Shown: piece by piece, positions 1-12,535 of the stretch | How the letters are laid out: every line of letters begins with the position of its first letter | Position numbering within the stretch: position 1 is the stretch's first letter | NCBI RefSeq assembly: GCF_030684315.1 | Contig: NC_081389.1 | Span: forward strand, 22,276,648 to 22,340,647 | Direction: 5' to 3' | Source of the DNA: Stegostoma tigrinum | Taxonomy: Eukaryota | DNA: 64,000 nt | The notes under the pieces: generated by a model | The model's database searches: none | Told to the model about the DNA's origin: nothing | The model's input: the letters and a program-made list of their open reading frames with translations, nothing else | Program-made: the position numbers and the translations under genes

Positions 1-345
1 CCAAACGGCCGGGGGGGTCACACCCTCCTTTCCCCTCTAGCCGTGTCACTTATCACCCACCCCGGCATGTCACGCCCTCCCCTCCCCGGAAGATGTCAGC
101 CTTTCTCCCACCTGCTCCAGTAAGTAAATGAGTTGATCCCTGGCGATTCTTTTCAAGACGTCGAAATCCGGCAGCTCTGGAGCATCCCAGCGGCCCGCCA
201 TCTTATCCCAAGGAGCCGCTTCCGGGGTCATGTTTGGCGCTTCCGGCGCCGCGTCTCCTAGCAACCGGCGCGCAGTCTTCCCCGGGAACAGTAGGCCTCA
301 CATGGAGTCACTGTTTACAGCCAGAGCCGGGGAACTGGGGGGCAA
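1..345 (-). promoter_or_regulatory. CpG-island promoter / first exon of VPS33B with ETS-type and RFX-like motifs
   Basis: CpG-rich against a CpG-poor background. CCGGAAG on the minus strand at about 219-225 and 240-246. GTCTCCTAGCAAC at 253-265 resembles an RFX X-box. Confidence 0.6.
112..201 (-). CDS. VPS33B: VPS33B coding exon 1; the gene continues off the left edge of the window
   Basis: Translates [30 protein letters not shown], matching the recalled vertebrate VPS33B N-terminus ([25 protein letters not shown]). Ends at a CAG|GTGGGA phase-0 donor. Confidence 0.93.
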
Positions 346-1714
346 TTGTTCTGCTTCTGCTTAAACTGGAGCCCAAACCTCAGCTCAGCTGGAGCCTGCA
401 CTCAGATACTTTCTGATAACAGTGAGCAATACACGAAGTGTTATGTTTTTTGTAGCACTCCTTACCATGACCATTCTCCAGCATCTGCAGTTCCCATTAT
501 CTCTATAACTGGTCACCACTTTGCTGGGTTTACACAGTAAGCCAACTGGGGAGATCAAACTCACAGCTGAACACAAACCACAACTCCATTCACTCTACAT
601 CAATCTTTCCATCCCAATCCCTAACATTTCCCCAATGTTGGTAACTCTTCATTACGACCAAGTTAAGGAGACTCGCCGATGTGTCCTGATTCCAACCTAG
701 CAGGTTATGCTTCATCAGTTTATCCTCTCCATGAAGTTTTACACTACTGGGTGTTACACATTTCTAAAAAACACCAGTTAATTGCGGAAAAGGTTTGACA
801 TGTCTGCATGAGAAAAAAACATTCTTTTTAAATGAGATAGTAGGAACTGCCGATGCTGGAGAATCTTCTTTTTCAATTACATCCCTTAAAGAGATGATAG
901 TCGTGGTATGGGCTAGCCTTGAATTGAAAAAGATTTATTGTCACGTACTCACATGAGCACAATGAGGTTTACAAGTGTCAACATAATGGTACTATCTTAA
1001 GTACAAAAACAATTAGCTACAAAGCAGAAAAACAAAGTAAAAAAAGATAAACATTACAATCCTTCTTACTAAAACGTGGAAAAACAAAGAAACACAGTTT
1101 GCAGTTCAACACCTCAGTCTGTAAGTACATGGCCATGCTGGGCTTGTACTCAAGGGCTCGACCTTGACCTGCACTGCCAGCTCTTGCCACCTTGCAGCCT
1201 GTTCCTGTTCTTGCTCCTGCCAGCTGCCTCAGGTTGCCCACTCCCACTCTTAGAGTCACAGAGTCATACAGTATGGAAACAGACCCTTTAGTCCAACCAG
1301 CCCATGCCAAACATAATCACCAAACTACGCTGGTCCCACCTGTCTGCTCCAGGCTTATATACCCCCAAATCTTTCCTATTCACGGACTTGTCCAAATGTA
1401 TTTTATCGTGAAATATAACACCTGTACCAAAACTATAATAAATTTTAATTAAGCCTGCAAACCCAGGAGCAGTTGCAAGATCCTCACTGCACTTCCACCA
1501 TCCTTGCAGCTATCGATGTGGATGTACTAAATGAGGAATGGTCCGATCTTATCATAAAATGGCCCTGATGCTGTACAGTAACATATGGAGGTGAAGTACA
1601 GGAAAACTGTCTCAAATTGCAAACTGCTACCGTGAACCACGGGTGCCTGAGTCAATGAAAATAATGGACTTCTTGAACAAACAGTCCTTAATTTAAGCAC
1701 TATCCTTAGAATTA

Positions 1715-1945
1715 TAAAATTCCTACAGTGTGGAAGCAGAGTATTTGGCCCAGAGTCCACACTGAGCCTGATCACCCCCTACCCTATCCACATAACCCTG
1801 CATTTCCCATAGCTAACCCACCTAATCTGTGCATCTTTGAACTGTGGGAGGAAACCCACATAGACAGTTGCTGAGGGCAGAATCGAACCTGGGTCCCTGG
1901 GTGCTGTGAGGCTGGAGTGCTAACCACTAAGCCATCATGCTGCCA
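1715..1945 (-). mobile_element. tRNA-derived shark SINE (HE1/V-SINE-like)
   Basis: Minus strand begins with the tRNA-like head GGCAGCATGATGGCTTAGTGGTTAGCACT...GGTTCGATTC and ends in a CR1-like 3' tail. Similar copies at about 6570-6710, 24010-24300 and 34090-36650. Confidence 0.75.
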
Positions 1946-2784
1946 TGCTGTAAGGAGAAGATATCCTTGCTAAGGAAGATACGTAAGCATTTGGAGATTC
2001 TGTGGGAGCCAGGCAGACATTCCAGAACATTAGCAACTAATTAGACTTGTTGTTAATTCAACCTGGTGAACCAATCAATGGCAGCTTACCTGCACAGAAC
2101 TGTGCAAGCCAATGCTATAATATGTAGGGAAGGTCTGGTTGGAGCAGTTTTCAGGAGGCTTACCAGCCCTCTGTATCAGTTGGCTGGGCCTTTCTAACCT
2201 CCTGAGGTACTTGTGTGTTGGTTGAGGACCTCCTTGGATCTATAAACGGGTGCCTAAGTTCTCTGAATTTATACAAAGTACAGTTTCCATACTGAATTAA
2301 TGTGTTGTCACCTCTGGCAAACTGAAATTCTTTTTGTGTGGATTCCTTAATAGTTCAGGGTGAAGACTCAAACATGGAGTTGGGTTTGCACGTGTTGGAT
2401 GAAAAGAATTGAGAAACACCCTCCCATATAAAATGTACCTGCTATCAAGATCTTTATGGATGAAAATTACAAGGTACATTTTAAAATGTGTCAAAAATCA
2501 ATCATTTAGCATCAAAATAAAGATGTGATGATAGAAGAATAGTAACCCACAGAACAAAAATGTTTTATTTTAAAGACAATAAAACAGGGAGGGATTCACA
2601 GCACAAGGTAAATGAGCAGCATTGATATATTCATTCAATCTGATCATCAAGGACATTCTTGAATATTTAAATTTAGAGATTATTATCTTGTCATTTAAAA
2701 CTTCATTCCACAATGATAGACCTAATGGTAAAGTACTGCACGATCTTCTATCTTAAAATGTAATCAATTTCAAACAAAACCTCA

Positions 2785-2918
2785 TTATCCAGTAAGAATA
2801 TTTCTTTCTTTGAAAAGTGCATCCAGGCTCTTTTCAAGGATCTGATTCGTTCCTCGAAGTCCAGCAACCACTTGGGAAGCCCAGATGAAATATTGTTCAA
2901 CGCGTTTCTCTGTCCATC
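2785..2918 (-). CDS. HDDC3: HDDC3 (MESH1) exon 4, terminal
   Basis: tttcag acceptor; reads (G)WTEKRVEQYFIWASQVVAGLRGTNQILEKSLDALFKERNILTG then TAA at 2785-2787. Candidate AATAAA on minus at about 2564-2569. Confidence 0.93.
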
Positions 2919-3594
2919 CTGAAAAGGGATTCAGCAGAGCAAAAGTCAAGTCCATTCCCTCCACAGGTACCCGAACCCTCTGTTCTTTCCCATTCTATTC
3001 CTCGGCCCAGACCCTGGGGCTAATCTTGGTTCTTCAAATAATATCATTCAACATTTACTTTAGCCACTGTGGGGTTTGGTTAGCTCTGTTAGTTAGAAAC
3101 CATGAATGAGTTGGGCTAAATGGCCTGTTTCCGTGCTGTAAACGTCTATAACTCTATGACTCAGAGTGTGGTGCAGAATGGTGCCAACTGCACAGCTTGA
3201 ATTCCTTGGAAACTGCGGTAGTTCATGGAGACCTAAGCCCATGCCTTGATGCTATAAAACCATTTTTCTCTCTCAATGAGAGCATAATGGCAACGGCTCC
3301 TCATAGATTTAGCTAATTACCATATCTGAGCCACCATAATAGGTAGGCAGGGCTCTTTCCTAAGGCTCACAGCTCTGACAGTGCAGCATTCCTCCACTTC
3401 TGCACTGCATTGCCAGTCTAGTTTGTATGCTGAAGTGGGGTTTACCCAACATGCAGGGAGGGACTGGGAACTCAGGCTGTGCTTTCCTGTAGAGATGATG
3501 AAAGAATAATTGCTAGGACTCAGGGAACACAATAACAATTATACATGCGCTGGGAACCTGGTAGGAGAAAAACAAAAAGGACTGCATTGCTGAC

Positions 3595-3835
3595 CTGCTG
3601 GAGTGCAGCGTTTGAGATCCCTCAGGTTGTACAGTTTATCTGCCAGTTTCACTAGTTTAGCTTCGTAGCTGCAGTGAGGGGCATGTTGGATCTGTAACTC
3701 CTTCCGTTTCTCCTTTGATAGAGACTTATCGTCTGTCACTTCAGCAACAATACTCCTCACCTTCTCTCCAAACCTCTCTGCAATCTCTGTAAACGTAGTG
3801 TCCGTATCTTCAACAGTGTCGTGCAGAAGTGCGGC
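3595..3835 (-). CDS. HDDC3: HDDC3 exon 3 (HD motif)
   Basis: 241 nt with AG/GT ends; reads AALLHDTVEDTDTT...VTDDKSLSKEKRKELQ...AKLVKLADKLYNLRDLKRCTPA, the HD-domain motifs of MESH1. Confidence 0.96.
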
Positions 3836-4768
3836 CTTGACAAAAGGTGAGAAACAGAAAGATAAATCTCAGTTGTTCCACACATCACAGTTCAATTGTT
3901 GTTTTGGCCCCAATGAGCCATGTACTAACATACTCAGCTCTGAATTTTCACACTTCACCTAGGACTGGAATACATAGTCTAAGGTGAGACTGAGGGAGTG
4001 TAGCATGGTCAGCGTCTTTCATAATGATGTATCACAAAATTGTTACAGATTGAAAGGGGGGTCATTTGGCCCATCGTGTCTGCACTGGCTCTCCGAATGA
4101 ACAGCTCGCTTCATGCCATTCCCCTACCACTTGCCCATCATTGTGCCCAACCTTGTGTTTCAGAGAACCATTTAATTCCTTTCCAAATGCCCTGACTGAA
4201 CCTTGTGAAAGGAACATTTTTAGAATGCTGTGCTGGAATGGTGAGTAGGAGTAAGATGAAATGACATTGAGCTGAAATGTTAACCATTTCTGTCTTCACC
4301 AATGCTGCCAGACCTGCTGAGGTTCTCCAGTTTATCTATGCTTATCTCAGATCTCTAGCATTTGGAGTATTTTACTTTGTGCAAAGTGGAAGGCGATATG
4401 CACAGATCATAAACACAGGCAGAATGGTTATGCTGAACAGCATGGTTTTGTGCTATAAACCCAAAGCCGATACGTTAATACAGTGCAATGATGCTCTGTT
4501 TAAATTATGTTAAAAATCAATGTCGTTATTTTAAGACAAAGCAAGGATTTAATTAATGATCTTTTTGTGCAGAATCTGTAAAGTCCCCATTGTCCCAGAC
4601 CATAATTTCAGAGGGTTTAACCTGAGGGTCACCACGCTTCAGACAAGGGGCGAGATTGAGAAGATCTCACCTTCGTGGTGACCTCAGGCAGTGTGGGAAC
4701 AGGGTGGCATCACAAATCAGCCATCCAATCAACTGAGCTAACCAATGGTGCTCCCCTTCCCCATTTAC

Positions 4769-4824
4769 CTGTAAGACAACCACATCTGTAATTCCAGCTT
4801 CGTGGGCCAAAATTCGGGCAACAC
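4769..4824 (-). CDS. HDDC3: HDDC3 exon 2
   Basis: 56 nt, (G)VARILAHEAGITDVVVLQ, bounded by aag| and |gtaaat; splice phases fit exons 1 and 3. Confidence 0.93.
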
Positions 4825-4879
4825 CTTTAAACAAACAGATAAACAATAAATCCCACTAAGCAACATCCTTATCACAATC

Positions 4880-5455
4880 AACATTAGAAGAATGCAAGGT
4901 GATCTAATGAGGTGTGTAGATATTAAAAGGGAAGCAACAACATAGATATAGAGAGGATGGGCCAAATGCTGGCAAATGGGACTAGATTAATTTAGGCTAT
5001 TTGGTCAGCATGGACAAGTCGGGCCAAAGGGTCTGTTTCCAACTCTACGAGTCTAGAAAGAGAAGTCATAGTTTCAGGCTAAGGGGTGTCAGATTTAAAA
5101 CAGGGATAAGAGCCCGAAACATCAGCTTTTGTGCTCCTGAGATGCTGCTGGGCCTGCGGTGTTCATCCAGCCTCACATTTTATTATCTTGGATTCTCCAG
5201 CATCTGCAGTTCCCATTATCACTCATAAGATGAAGAGGAATTACTTCTCTCAGAGGGTCAGGAATCAAAGGACAGTCAGCAGGCCACTGAATAAACTTAA
5301 GGAGGAGATAGACCAATTTTCAATTTGTAGCAGATTAAAGGATAATGGGAAGGGGCAGGAATGTGGAGCTGAGGCTGAGATCAGCTGAGATTTTGAAATA
5401 GCAGAGCAGGGTTGAGGGGCTGAATGGCCTACTCATGCTCCTTGTACTTATGTTC
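4880..5455 (+). mobile_element. CR1 LINE 3' fragments with a Penelope-derived terminus inserted at about 5112-5224
   Basis: CR1 C-terminal DNA (RGDL, FSQRV motifs) and 3' UTR. The insert resembles the pLTR sequence at about 14080-14190 in the opposite orientation. Confidence 0.6.
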
Positions 5456-6764
5456 TAAGTGAATGCAAAACTAATGTCCATCATGCATACAACAACAATA
5501 ACATATATTTATGTAACATCTTTGGTGTCAAGAAACTTCAGAAGGGGGATAAAGAAACACAAGTGGATAAGACAGATGATGGAAATAGGCTGACAGGAGA
5601 TAGGAATGTTTAGAGGTAGCCTGATGAAAAAAAGGTTTTGTAAAGCTTGTTTGAAATCAGCAACAGCTCGTTGTAGTGACTTATGTCTGATGGTGGTACA
5701 GAAATAAGCACCAGTTTAGAATAGAAGATAAGGCCTGAGGGATCAGCAAGTTATGATGATCTGGAATGCACTGCCCAAGAGGATGGGAGAAGCTGAACTT
5801 TCAAAAGGAAACTGGATAAATGCTCAAAGGATGAAAATGTACAAAGTGATGGAGAAAGGGGCAGGAGGTTGTGGGCACTATTTGGGTTGCTGTTTCACTG
5901 GGCTGGCGTATTAACAATGGACCAAATGTCCACCTTCTGTGCTGTAAGATTCTGGGATTGCAGCAGAGGCAGCAGTCAACAGCCTTGCAATGAATGGACT
6001 TAACATGTTAAAGTCAGAGAGGTTTATGGCATAGAAAAGGCCCTGAGTCCATGCCAGTCAAAAACAAGCAGCCAACTACTCTAATTCCATTATCTAGCAC
6101 TTGCCCATAGCCTTGTGTACTTCAGTGCTTGAAAAATAATTCCATTTACAAACTTTAACAAATTTCAATTATCAATATGATCTCTGACCTTGTACAATAA
6201 ATGCCAACAGTTAGCAGAAACTTATTCCGACTTATTTTTCCTTTTTATTTGTAACAACATGTAGAATTCTCGACCACATAAAGGCTGAGGAGGTCAAGTC
6301 AATTTACACAGTTTCAGAAATAGTTAGATTTCTAGAGGCTAAAGGTGTCAAGGACAGAATGGCATCACGACAGGGGTTCAACCACAATCATGTTGAATGG
6401 CAGAGTAGGCTGGATGGGCCAAATAGACAATTTTTGCTTCTATTTTCCATGTACAAGCACCACATCAATGAGCCTATAGCTCAGCTCTCATGCCTGCTAC
6501 CAGTTCAAAGTTTGATTCCCTTTTACATTTCCACTCTCAAATCACAGCCTCTCCTATTACAACATTCATAGAATCCCTACTGTGGCGGAAGCAGGTCATT
6601 TGGCTCATTGAGTTCACTCCGATCCTCCCATGGCAAATTCACCTAATCTGCATATCCCTGGACACCGTAGGCAATTTTACATGGCCAATTACCCAACCTT
6701 TACATCTTTGGACTGGCATTCAAAATTCTTCTGGCATTTCTGCCAGTCAGTCAATCGGCGTCGG

Positions 6765-7150
6765 TCAACTGAAAACAAAAGATGCTGGAGATCTCGGAGG
6801 TCAGGCAGCATCCATGGAGAGACAGAGAGAGCTAATGTTTCGAGTATAGATGACTCTTCATCAGAGCTGAAATGAAGTGTGGAGGGGACAGCTTTATGCT
6901 ATAGAGGGGGCGGGGGGGGGGACGTGCTGGGGGAGAAAGGATATTAACAGAACAGACTAAGTGGTCAGAATGTGAACAATGGTGTGTCTCATTGCCAGAC
7001 TGGAAAGAGCAGACAGTCCCACTGGAACAGGGGGAAGGGAGAGAGGACATGGTGACAGAGAATGTTACAAGCAAAGTTAAAACAGAAGGAATGGGCTCAC
7101 AGTTCGGAGGGGTTGAAATCAAAATATTGAGCCCAGAAGGTTGTAAAGTG
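6765..7150 (-). mobile_element. Penelope-like element 3' fragment with hammerhead-like core
   Basis: Shares pLTR sequence with other copies; minus-strand CUGAUGA-AGAGU-loop-ACUC-GAAA-CAUU at 6834-6864. Confidence 0.65.
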
Positions 7151-7439
7151 TTAGTCCACTGTTGGGCGATGGCAGCCCTCTAACACAAGCCCAGTTCTTT
7201 AATGAATTAAATTTTAGAGACCCCCGATTCAGCTCGTAACTAGCTCCACACCCTCACCCTGCTATTTAAGGGGGAATTCCCCCAAACGCATTTGATTTTA
7301 AGACAAAATTTGTCCAAATTCTTTTCTTTGATTAACCCAGTATTTTTTTTTAATGTATAGAACGTGCTTTTTTTTCATGGAGTTTTTCCCATATTTAATG
7401 TGCAACTACAGAAACCTGTTGGGTTTGAGATTGGAGCTG

Positions 7440-7740
7440 GGTGTTGGGATCCGATCTCAGGGTTCTTTGCCGTCCTTACCCAGCGGGTGATTGATGTAGG
7501 GGGTCCCCTCTGGGTCTTTACGCCGTTGATTTTTGTGCTTGTTTGCTGCAAAATCAGCAGCTTCCAGGACCTGCTCCACGTCCGAACTCATTTCACCTTC
7601 CGCATCCGGATCAGCGAGAACGAAGCGGCGTATTTGCAGCTAGAGCCAGAGCAGAGAAAATATACACTTCCCAGAAAGAGCAGGGAGTTCCAGACGGAAC
7701 ACTGGGTGCGAGAAACAGCACCCAAACTCCGGGAAATACA
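7440..7740 (-). promoter_or_regulatory. CpG-enriched HDDC3 promoter / first exon
   Basis: Local CpG enrichment around the start codon; GGAAG ETS-like cores upstream. Confidence 0.45.
7480..7591 (-). CDS. HDDC3: HDDC3 exon 1
   Basis: 112 nt, ATG at 7591, MSSDVEQVLEAADFAANKHKNQRRKDPEGTPYINHPL(G), G|GTAAG donor. The four exons sum to 543 nt (180 aa plus stop). Confidence 0.96.
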
Positions 7741-8019
7741 CTGCAGGCAAAGGACAGCTTAAAGAGGACAACCTCATTATTAGACCCTCACACACAAACA
7801 CCAAGAATAATCAACTCAGAGAGGAAAACGCAGCAATAGAAACAGGTCTAGCAGCATCTATGGGTAGAGAGACAAAATTATGATGTTTTGAGTCTAGTAC
7901 TGTCTTCTTCAGTACTCATTTCCTTGCACAGTGTATGAGTTTAATGTGGAGTGGACTCGATGGGCCGAATGGCCTTACTTCCACTCCGATGTCTTATGGT
8001 CTTATGGAGTTGGTTTGCA

Positions 8020-8830
8020 CTCATACAGTCTTGCAGCACAGAAACAGACCCTTCGGTCCGAACAGTCCATGCCGAACATAATCCCAAACTGAACTAGTCC
8101 CAACTGCCTGCTCCTGGCCCATATCCCTCAAACCTTTTCCACTCACGTACTTATTCAAATGTTTTTTTTAAAGGTTGTAATTGCACGCATACCACTTCCT
8201 GGGGAAATTCATTCCACACCAGAACCACCCTCTGTAAAAACAACTGCCCCTCATGTCATTTTTAAATCTCTCTCCTCTCACCTTAAAAATGTGCCCCCTG
8301 GTCTAGAAAAAAAGACAGTACTCCTCATTGTTTTATACATCTCTATAAAGTCACCCCAACACTCCAGTGAAAAAACTCACAGCCTATCCATCTTTCTTTA
8401 TAACTCAAATCTTCCATACCTGTCAACATCCTGATAAATCTCCTCAGAACCATCTCTAGTTTAATAATATCTATCCATAATAGAGCAACAAGAACCAGAT
8501 ATTGTACTCCAGAAGAGGCCTCACCCGTACTCCGCACAACCTCAACATGACTTCCCACTCCTATATTTAATGAAGGCAAATGTGCTAAGTGCCTTTTTAA
8601 CCATCCTACCTGTATGTGATGCAAACTCAAAGAATTATGTACCTGATCATCTAGGTCCCCACGTTCTATAGCACTATGCAAGGCCCTACCATTAATTGTA
8701 TGTCTTATCCTTATTTGTTATACCAAAATGCAAGACCTCACATTTATCCATATTGAACTCCATCGGCCATTTTTCAGCCCATTAACCCATTTGATCAAGA
8801 TCCCTTTCTTAGAAAACTCTTCACTGTCTA
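8020..8830 (-). mobile_element. Degenerate CR1 LINE 3' portion
   Basis: ORF 8343-8681 contains CR1 C-terminal remnants (LEMVLRRFIRMLTGMEDLSYKER); CR1-type 3' tail near 8020. Confidence 0.75.
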
Positions 8831-9099
8831 TTTATGTTTATATTTGAGACTGATTCACTACTGCATACATCTAGAGTCGTATCTCACCCAAAACGTTAAC
8901 TCTGTTTCTTCCTTCAGAGATGCTGCCAGACCTGCTGAGTTTCTCCTGCGTTTTGTGCATTTGTTTCAGATCTCCAGTGTGTTTGGAATATCCAGCAAAA
9001 TATCAAAATAACAGACATACAAAAGTTTATGCCAGAGAAAGGCTATTCAACTGTGAAGGGTCAACTTATATTGTACCTTTACTTCTGCAAAGTGGAGCA

Positions 9100-10060
9100 T
9101 GTCCAAGGGAGCCAAGTAACCTCAGATCACATGGAAATGAATCCTGTAAAGCTTCGGGTAGGATGTCCCCTCTTGCCAGCCCATAAATAGTTATATGCAA
9201 TCAAACTACGGCTCCTTGGTCATTACAGAAACTTGTATTACGACCGAACAAGACGCGCATTTTTAAAGGCACATTTTCTCAACAAACTTTCACTCATGTC
9301 CAAGTTATAGACTAGGATGGACAACACTAGAATCCAAATGTTGCCATCAGTAGCCTCTGCACGCACTTTAAATTTGACACAGGAACCGCAGCTACTGTTT
9401 TGTCAGGCAGCCTTAGATGGCTGAGGGAGGTTACCTTCGAATCTTCAGCTGGTCTCTCTCCAGGGAATGTTTGATGGAGATAGTGTCAAGAGAACTTTGC
9501 TTTGTTGAAAAGAGTTGAGCAGTTTTACTTTCAGTTTAAAAGAGTAGAGACATTTTTACTCAGTCTTTAAATCCAATTGTCCCCACTTGGAGTTTTTGAT
9601 GAGGATAGTGCAGAGCCTGCTTTACTTTCAATTTAAAAGAGTAGAAGCAGCTTTACCCTGTATTTAACTCAATGTCGTCCTGTTCTAGGAGCATTTGATG
9701 GGGATAGTATCAAGGGAATTTTATTTTCTGTTTCCTTTCAATTATAAAATAGTAGAATCTTCAGATATCTCACTACTCAGCCCAAGAAGAACTAATCTCA
9801 TGTTCAAAGACCAGCTTCAGCCAATGTTAGGACACAAAGGAAATTGTTCAAGTCCTGTATGTTGCCCACAACTAACCACATTTACTCTCAACCTCATCCT
9901 TAAAGTAAATACAGTAGTCAGCCAAAACGGCAGCAAGAATTTCTGACTGCTGGGGGGCAAAGATTAAAGTAACTGCAGGGAATCTGCTTTTAAATTGGAT
10001 TTTGGAGAGACATATTAATGCTATGTTACAGTTGAGACCAAAAACGCTCAGAATATCTTC
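9100..10060 (+). mobile_element. Decayed Gypsy-type zinc-knuckle/aspartic-protease relics (two modules)
   Basis: 9331-9447 reads NPNVAISSLCTHFKFDTGTAATVLSGSLRWLREVTFESS (retropepsin DTG at 9376-9384), preceded by a degenerate PAHK..C...LLGHYRNLY knuckle. A second WGAKIKV...FKLDFG occurs at about 9950-10010 across a frameshift. Confidence 0.6.
9460..9730 (+). repeat. Degenerate tandem copies of a shark satellite-like unit (GGGAGTGTTTGATGGGGACAGTGTAGAGGGAGCTTTACT type)
   Basis: Three diverged copies at about 9462, 9590 and 9688, with shorter AAAAGAGTAGA...TTTACT subunits between them. Confidence 0.5.
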
Positions 10061-10099
10061 CATTAAACTTTGGAGCACAGAAAGCTTATCACATCAGGA

Positions 10100-10950
10100 A
10101 CATTTGAGGACTCTGGGTCCATACTCAATGGAGTTTAGAAGGATGGGAGGGGGTGGGGGTCTGATTGTTCATGTATAAAGAGCAAGAGAGTAACTAGACA
10201 AAGGATTGGCCCACTTAAGGACAAAGAAGGAAAGTTATGCGCTGAGTCAGAGGAAATGGGTGACATTCTTAATGAGTACTTTGCATCGGTATTCACCAAG
10301 GAGAGGGACATGACAGATGTTGAGGTTAGGGATAGATGTTTGCGTACTCGAGGTCAAGTCAGCATAAGGAGGGAGGAAGTGTTGGGTGTCCTAAAAGGCA
10401 TTAAGGTGGACAAGTCCCTTGTCCTGATGGGATCTATCCCAGGTTATTGAGGGAAGCGAGAAAGGGGGATCAAGAGTTACAGAAAGTGGGACAACGGGGT
10501 TGAGAAATCTATTAGCCAAGATCGAATAGCAGGGTAGATTCAATGGAGACTGACTTGATAGAGGTGTACAAAATGATCAGAGGTATAGATAGAGTGGACA
10601 GCCAGAGACTTTTTCCAAGGGTGGAGGTAGCTATTACAAGGGGGCATAGTTTTACAGTGAGTGGAGGTAGACATGGGGAGACATCAGAGGTAGGTTCTTT
10701 ATTCAGAGAGTGGTAGGGCCATGGAAAGCATTGCCGGAGAGGGTAGTGGAGTCGGCCTCATTAGGGACATTTAAGCAGCTAATAGATAGGCATATGGATG
10801 ATAGTATAAGGTAGGGGTGAAGGTTAGATAGACCTTAGGATTAGGGTAAAAAGATCAGCACAACATCGTGGGCCGAAAAGCCTGTACTATGCTGTACTGT
10901 TCTATGTTCTATGGGCTGAATGGCCTAATTTCTGCTCCTGTCTAATAGTC
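10100..10950 (+). mobile_element. Mosaic of CR1 LINE fragments
   Basis: ORF 10256-10450 (LNEYFASVFTKE...IKVDKS) is CR1 ORF2; a 3' end with (TTCTATG)n tail lies at about 10900. Confidence 0.8.
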
Positions 10951-11096
10951 TTATAAATAAAGTGCAGCACAAAAGTAAGAGGTCTGATATGTGCTACACT
11001 TTGTTAGTAAGGAAAAAGGGTTAAGACCTCATGTAGTTCTTAGTCATTACAGTTCTTTATTGTGCAGTGCTGCTTGTATAGATTTCAATTTCTATA

Positions 11097-12535
11097 GTTA
11101 GCAGACTCCAAAGACTCTCCAGTCCTGGCATTACAAGGTGGTGAGGGCAGATTCTCCAATTCTCTCAGAGTATGAGCAGGAAATGGTGGGAAAATAAGGC
11201 ACCAAAAAGAGCAGTGTCCAGTACAAGTAGGCATACAAGTCAGGGACATGGTCTTTCAAAACATAGTCACAGAGAAGGAAATCCAAGATTGTCAACCTTC
11301 CTGTACTTTGGGACATTGAGAATCCAGCTGTCTCTTCTGAGGAGAATCAGTCGTTTCTTGAAGAAAGTGAATGAATAAGTAGTCTACTTATCACGCAGAA
11401 TCTGCTAAGGTGGGATAGCAACTACAGTCACAGTTAGATGAAGCAACAGCTCTCAGAATACACTGATCAGACCCTGTTGGGAAGCAAGGAATTAATCTCC
11501 TACTAATTCAAACATTAAGGAAAGCAAGCAAAGCCTCAAATATGCTTCAAAGTTTTAAAGTGACCGTAGAATCTGAAATATCCAGATTTATAAAATTATG
11601 AGATCTTCTAGTCATGCAAGGAAGACGCCTCAGAAGTTCAAAACAAATTCAAGACTATTGAAACTTGAGACGGGATGGATGATGCCACACCAATGTAGGC
11701 AGAAGTCAATCATTCGCAACAAATCTTTTCAATACAGAGAAGATAAACGTGAGCTTGACATCTTCAGAGAAAATTCCCAGCAAAAGCCCATCAAGAAGAA
11801 ATACAACAACTTCCAAGTAGAGGAATAGATAGTCATAGTCATACAGCATGGAAACAGACCCTTCGGTCCAACCAGTCCATGCAGATCATGTTCTCAAACT
11901 AAACTAGTCCCACCTGCCTGCAGTTGGCCCATATCTCTCCAAACTTTTCCTGTTCATGAACTTATCCAAAAGTCTCTTAAACATTATATAGTCATACAGC
12001 ATGGAAACAGACCCTTCGGTCCAATCGCTCCATGCCAATTATGTTTAGCTGATGATAAACTAGCCAGAGAAAGAGAGATCCTTAAACTGTGTCCACATAC
12101 AGAAATTGTTCATTTGAAAGAGAAATCCATCAGGAAGACACAAACTCTAGCGAGCTTTTTCCATCAAAGGCTACAAGCCCAGACTATTGAGCTCCTGGAG
12201 ACACAGAATGCCTTGGCAAAGTCTAAAGCTGAATCTCAAAATGAACTGTAGCAGCTAAAAGCTCAACAGAAATTAGCACAGTCTCATTCCCTGAGTGAAG
12301 TGATGGAGTCCAGCCAATGGCAGTCAGGCAGCAGTCAAGCTTCGTAGGCTGAAAACGGTACACTCAGTTGTTTTCATCCAAGTGACACAGCAAAAAGCTA
12401 TATTAGAGGAAAAGCCATTTTCTCACAGAAATATTCAGAATTCCAAGATCAAAATGAACCACTAGCTGAAGAAAACATCTGCTACAGTTAATGAACAACT
12501 ACTTGGTCTTTCTAAAAGGAAACCTAGGGGAAGGT
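11097..12535 (+). pseudogene. Fossil coding-like region (Q/E/K-rich, coiled-coil-like) interrupted by CR1-tail insertions at about 11829-12045
   Basis: Example frame HQRLQAQTIELLETQNALAKSKAESQNEL*QLKAQQKLAQSHSLSEVMESSQWQSGSSQAS*AENGT with isolated TAG stops; A-rich strand bias. No recognisable family. Confidence 0.35.

Noticed and set aside
6905-6935. G-quadruplex-like G runs
   Set aside because: Part of the purine-rich 3' region of a Penelope fragment; no locus-specific evidence.
2785-7591. Bacterial SpoT/RelA-like gene (horizontal transfer or contamination)
   Set aside because: Four-exon structure with canonical splice sites and close match to vertebrate HDDC3/MESH1.
7364-7839. Plus-strand ORFs of 132 and 98 aa as a divergent gene
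   Set aside because: Antisense shadows of GC-rich HDDC3 exon 1 with non-ATG starts and no recognisable motif.
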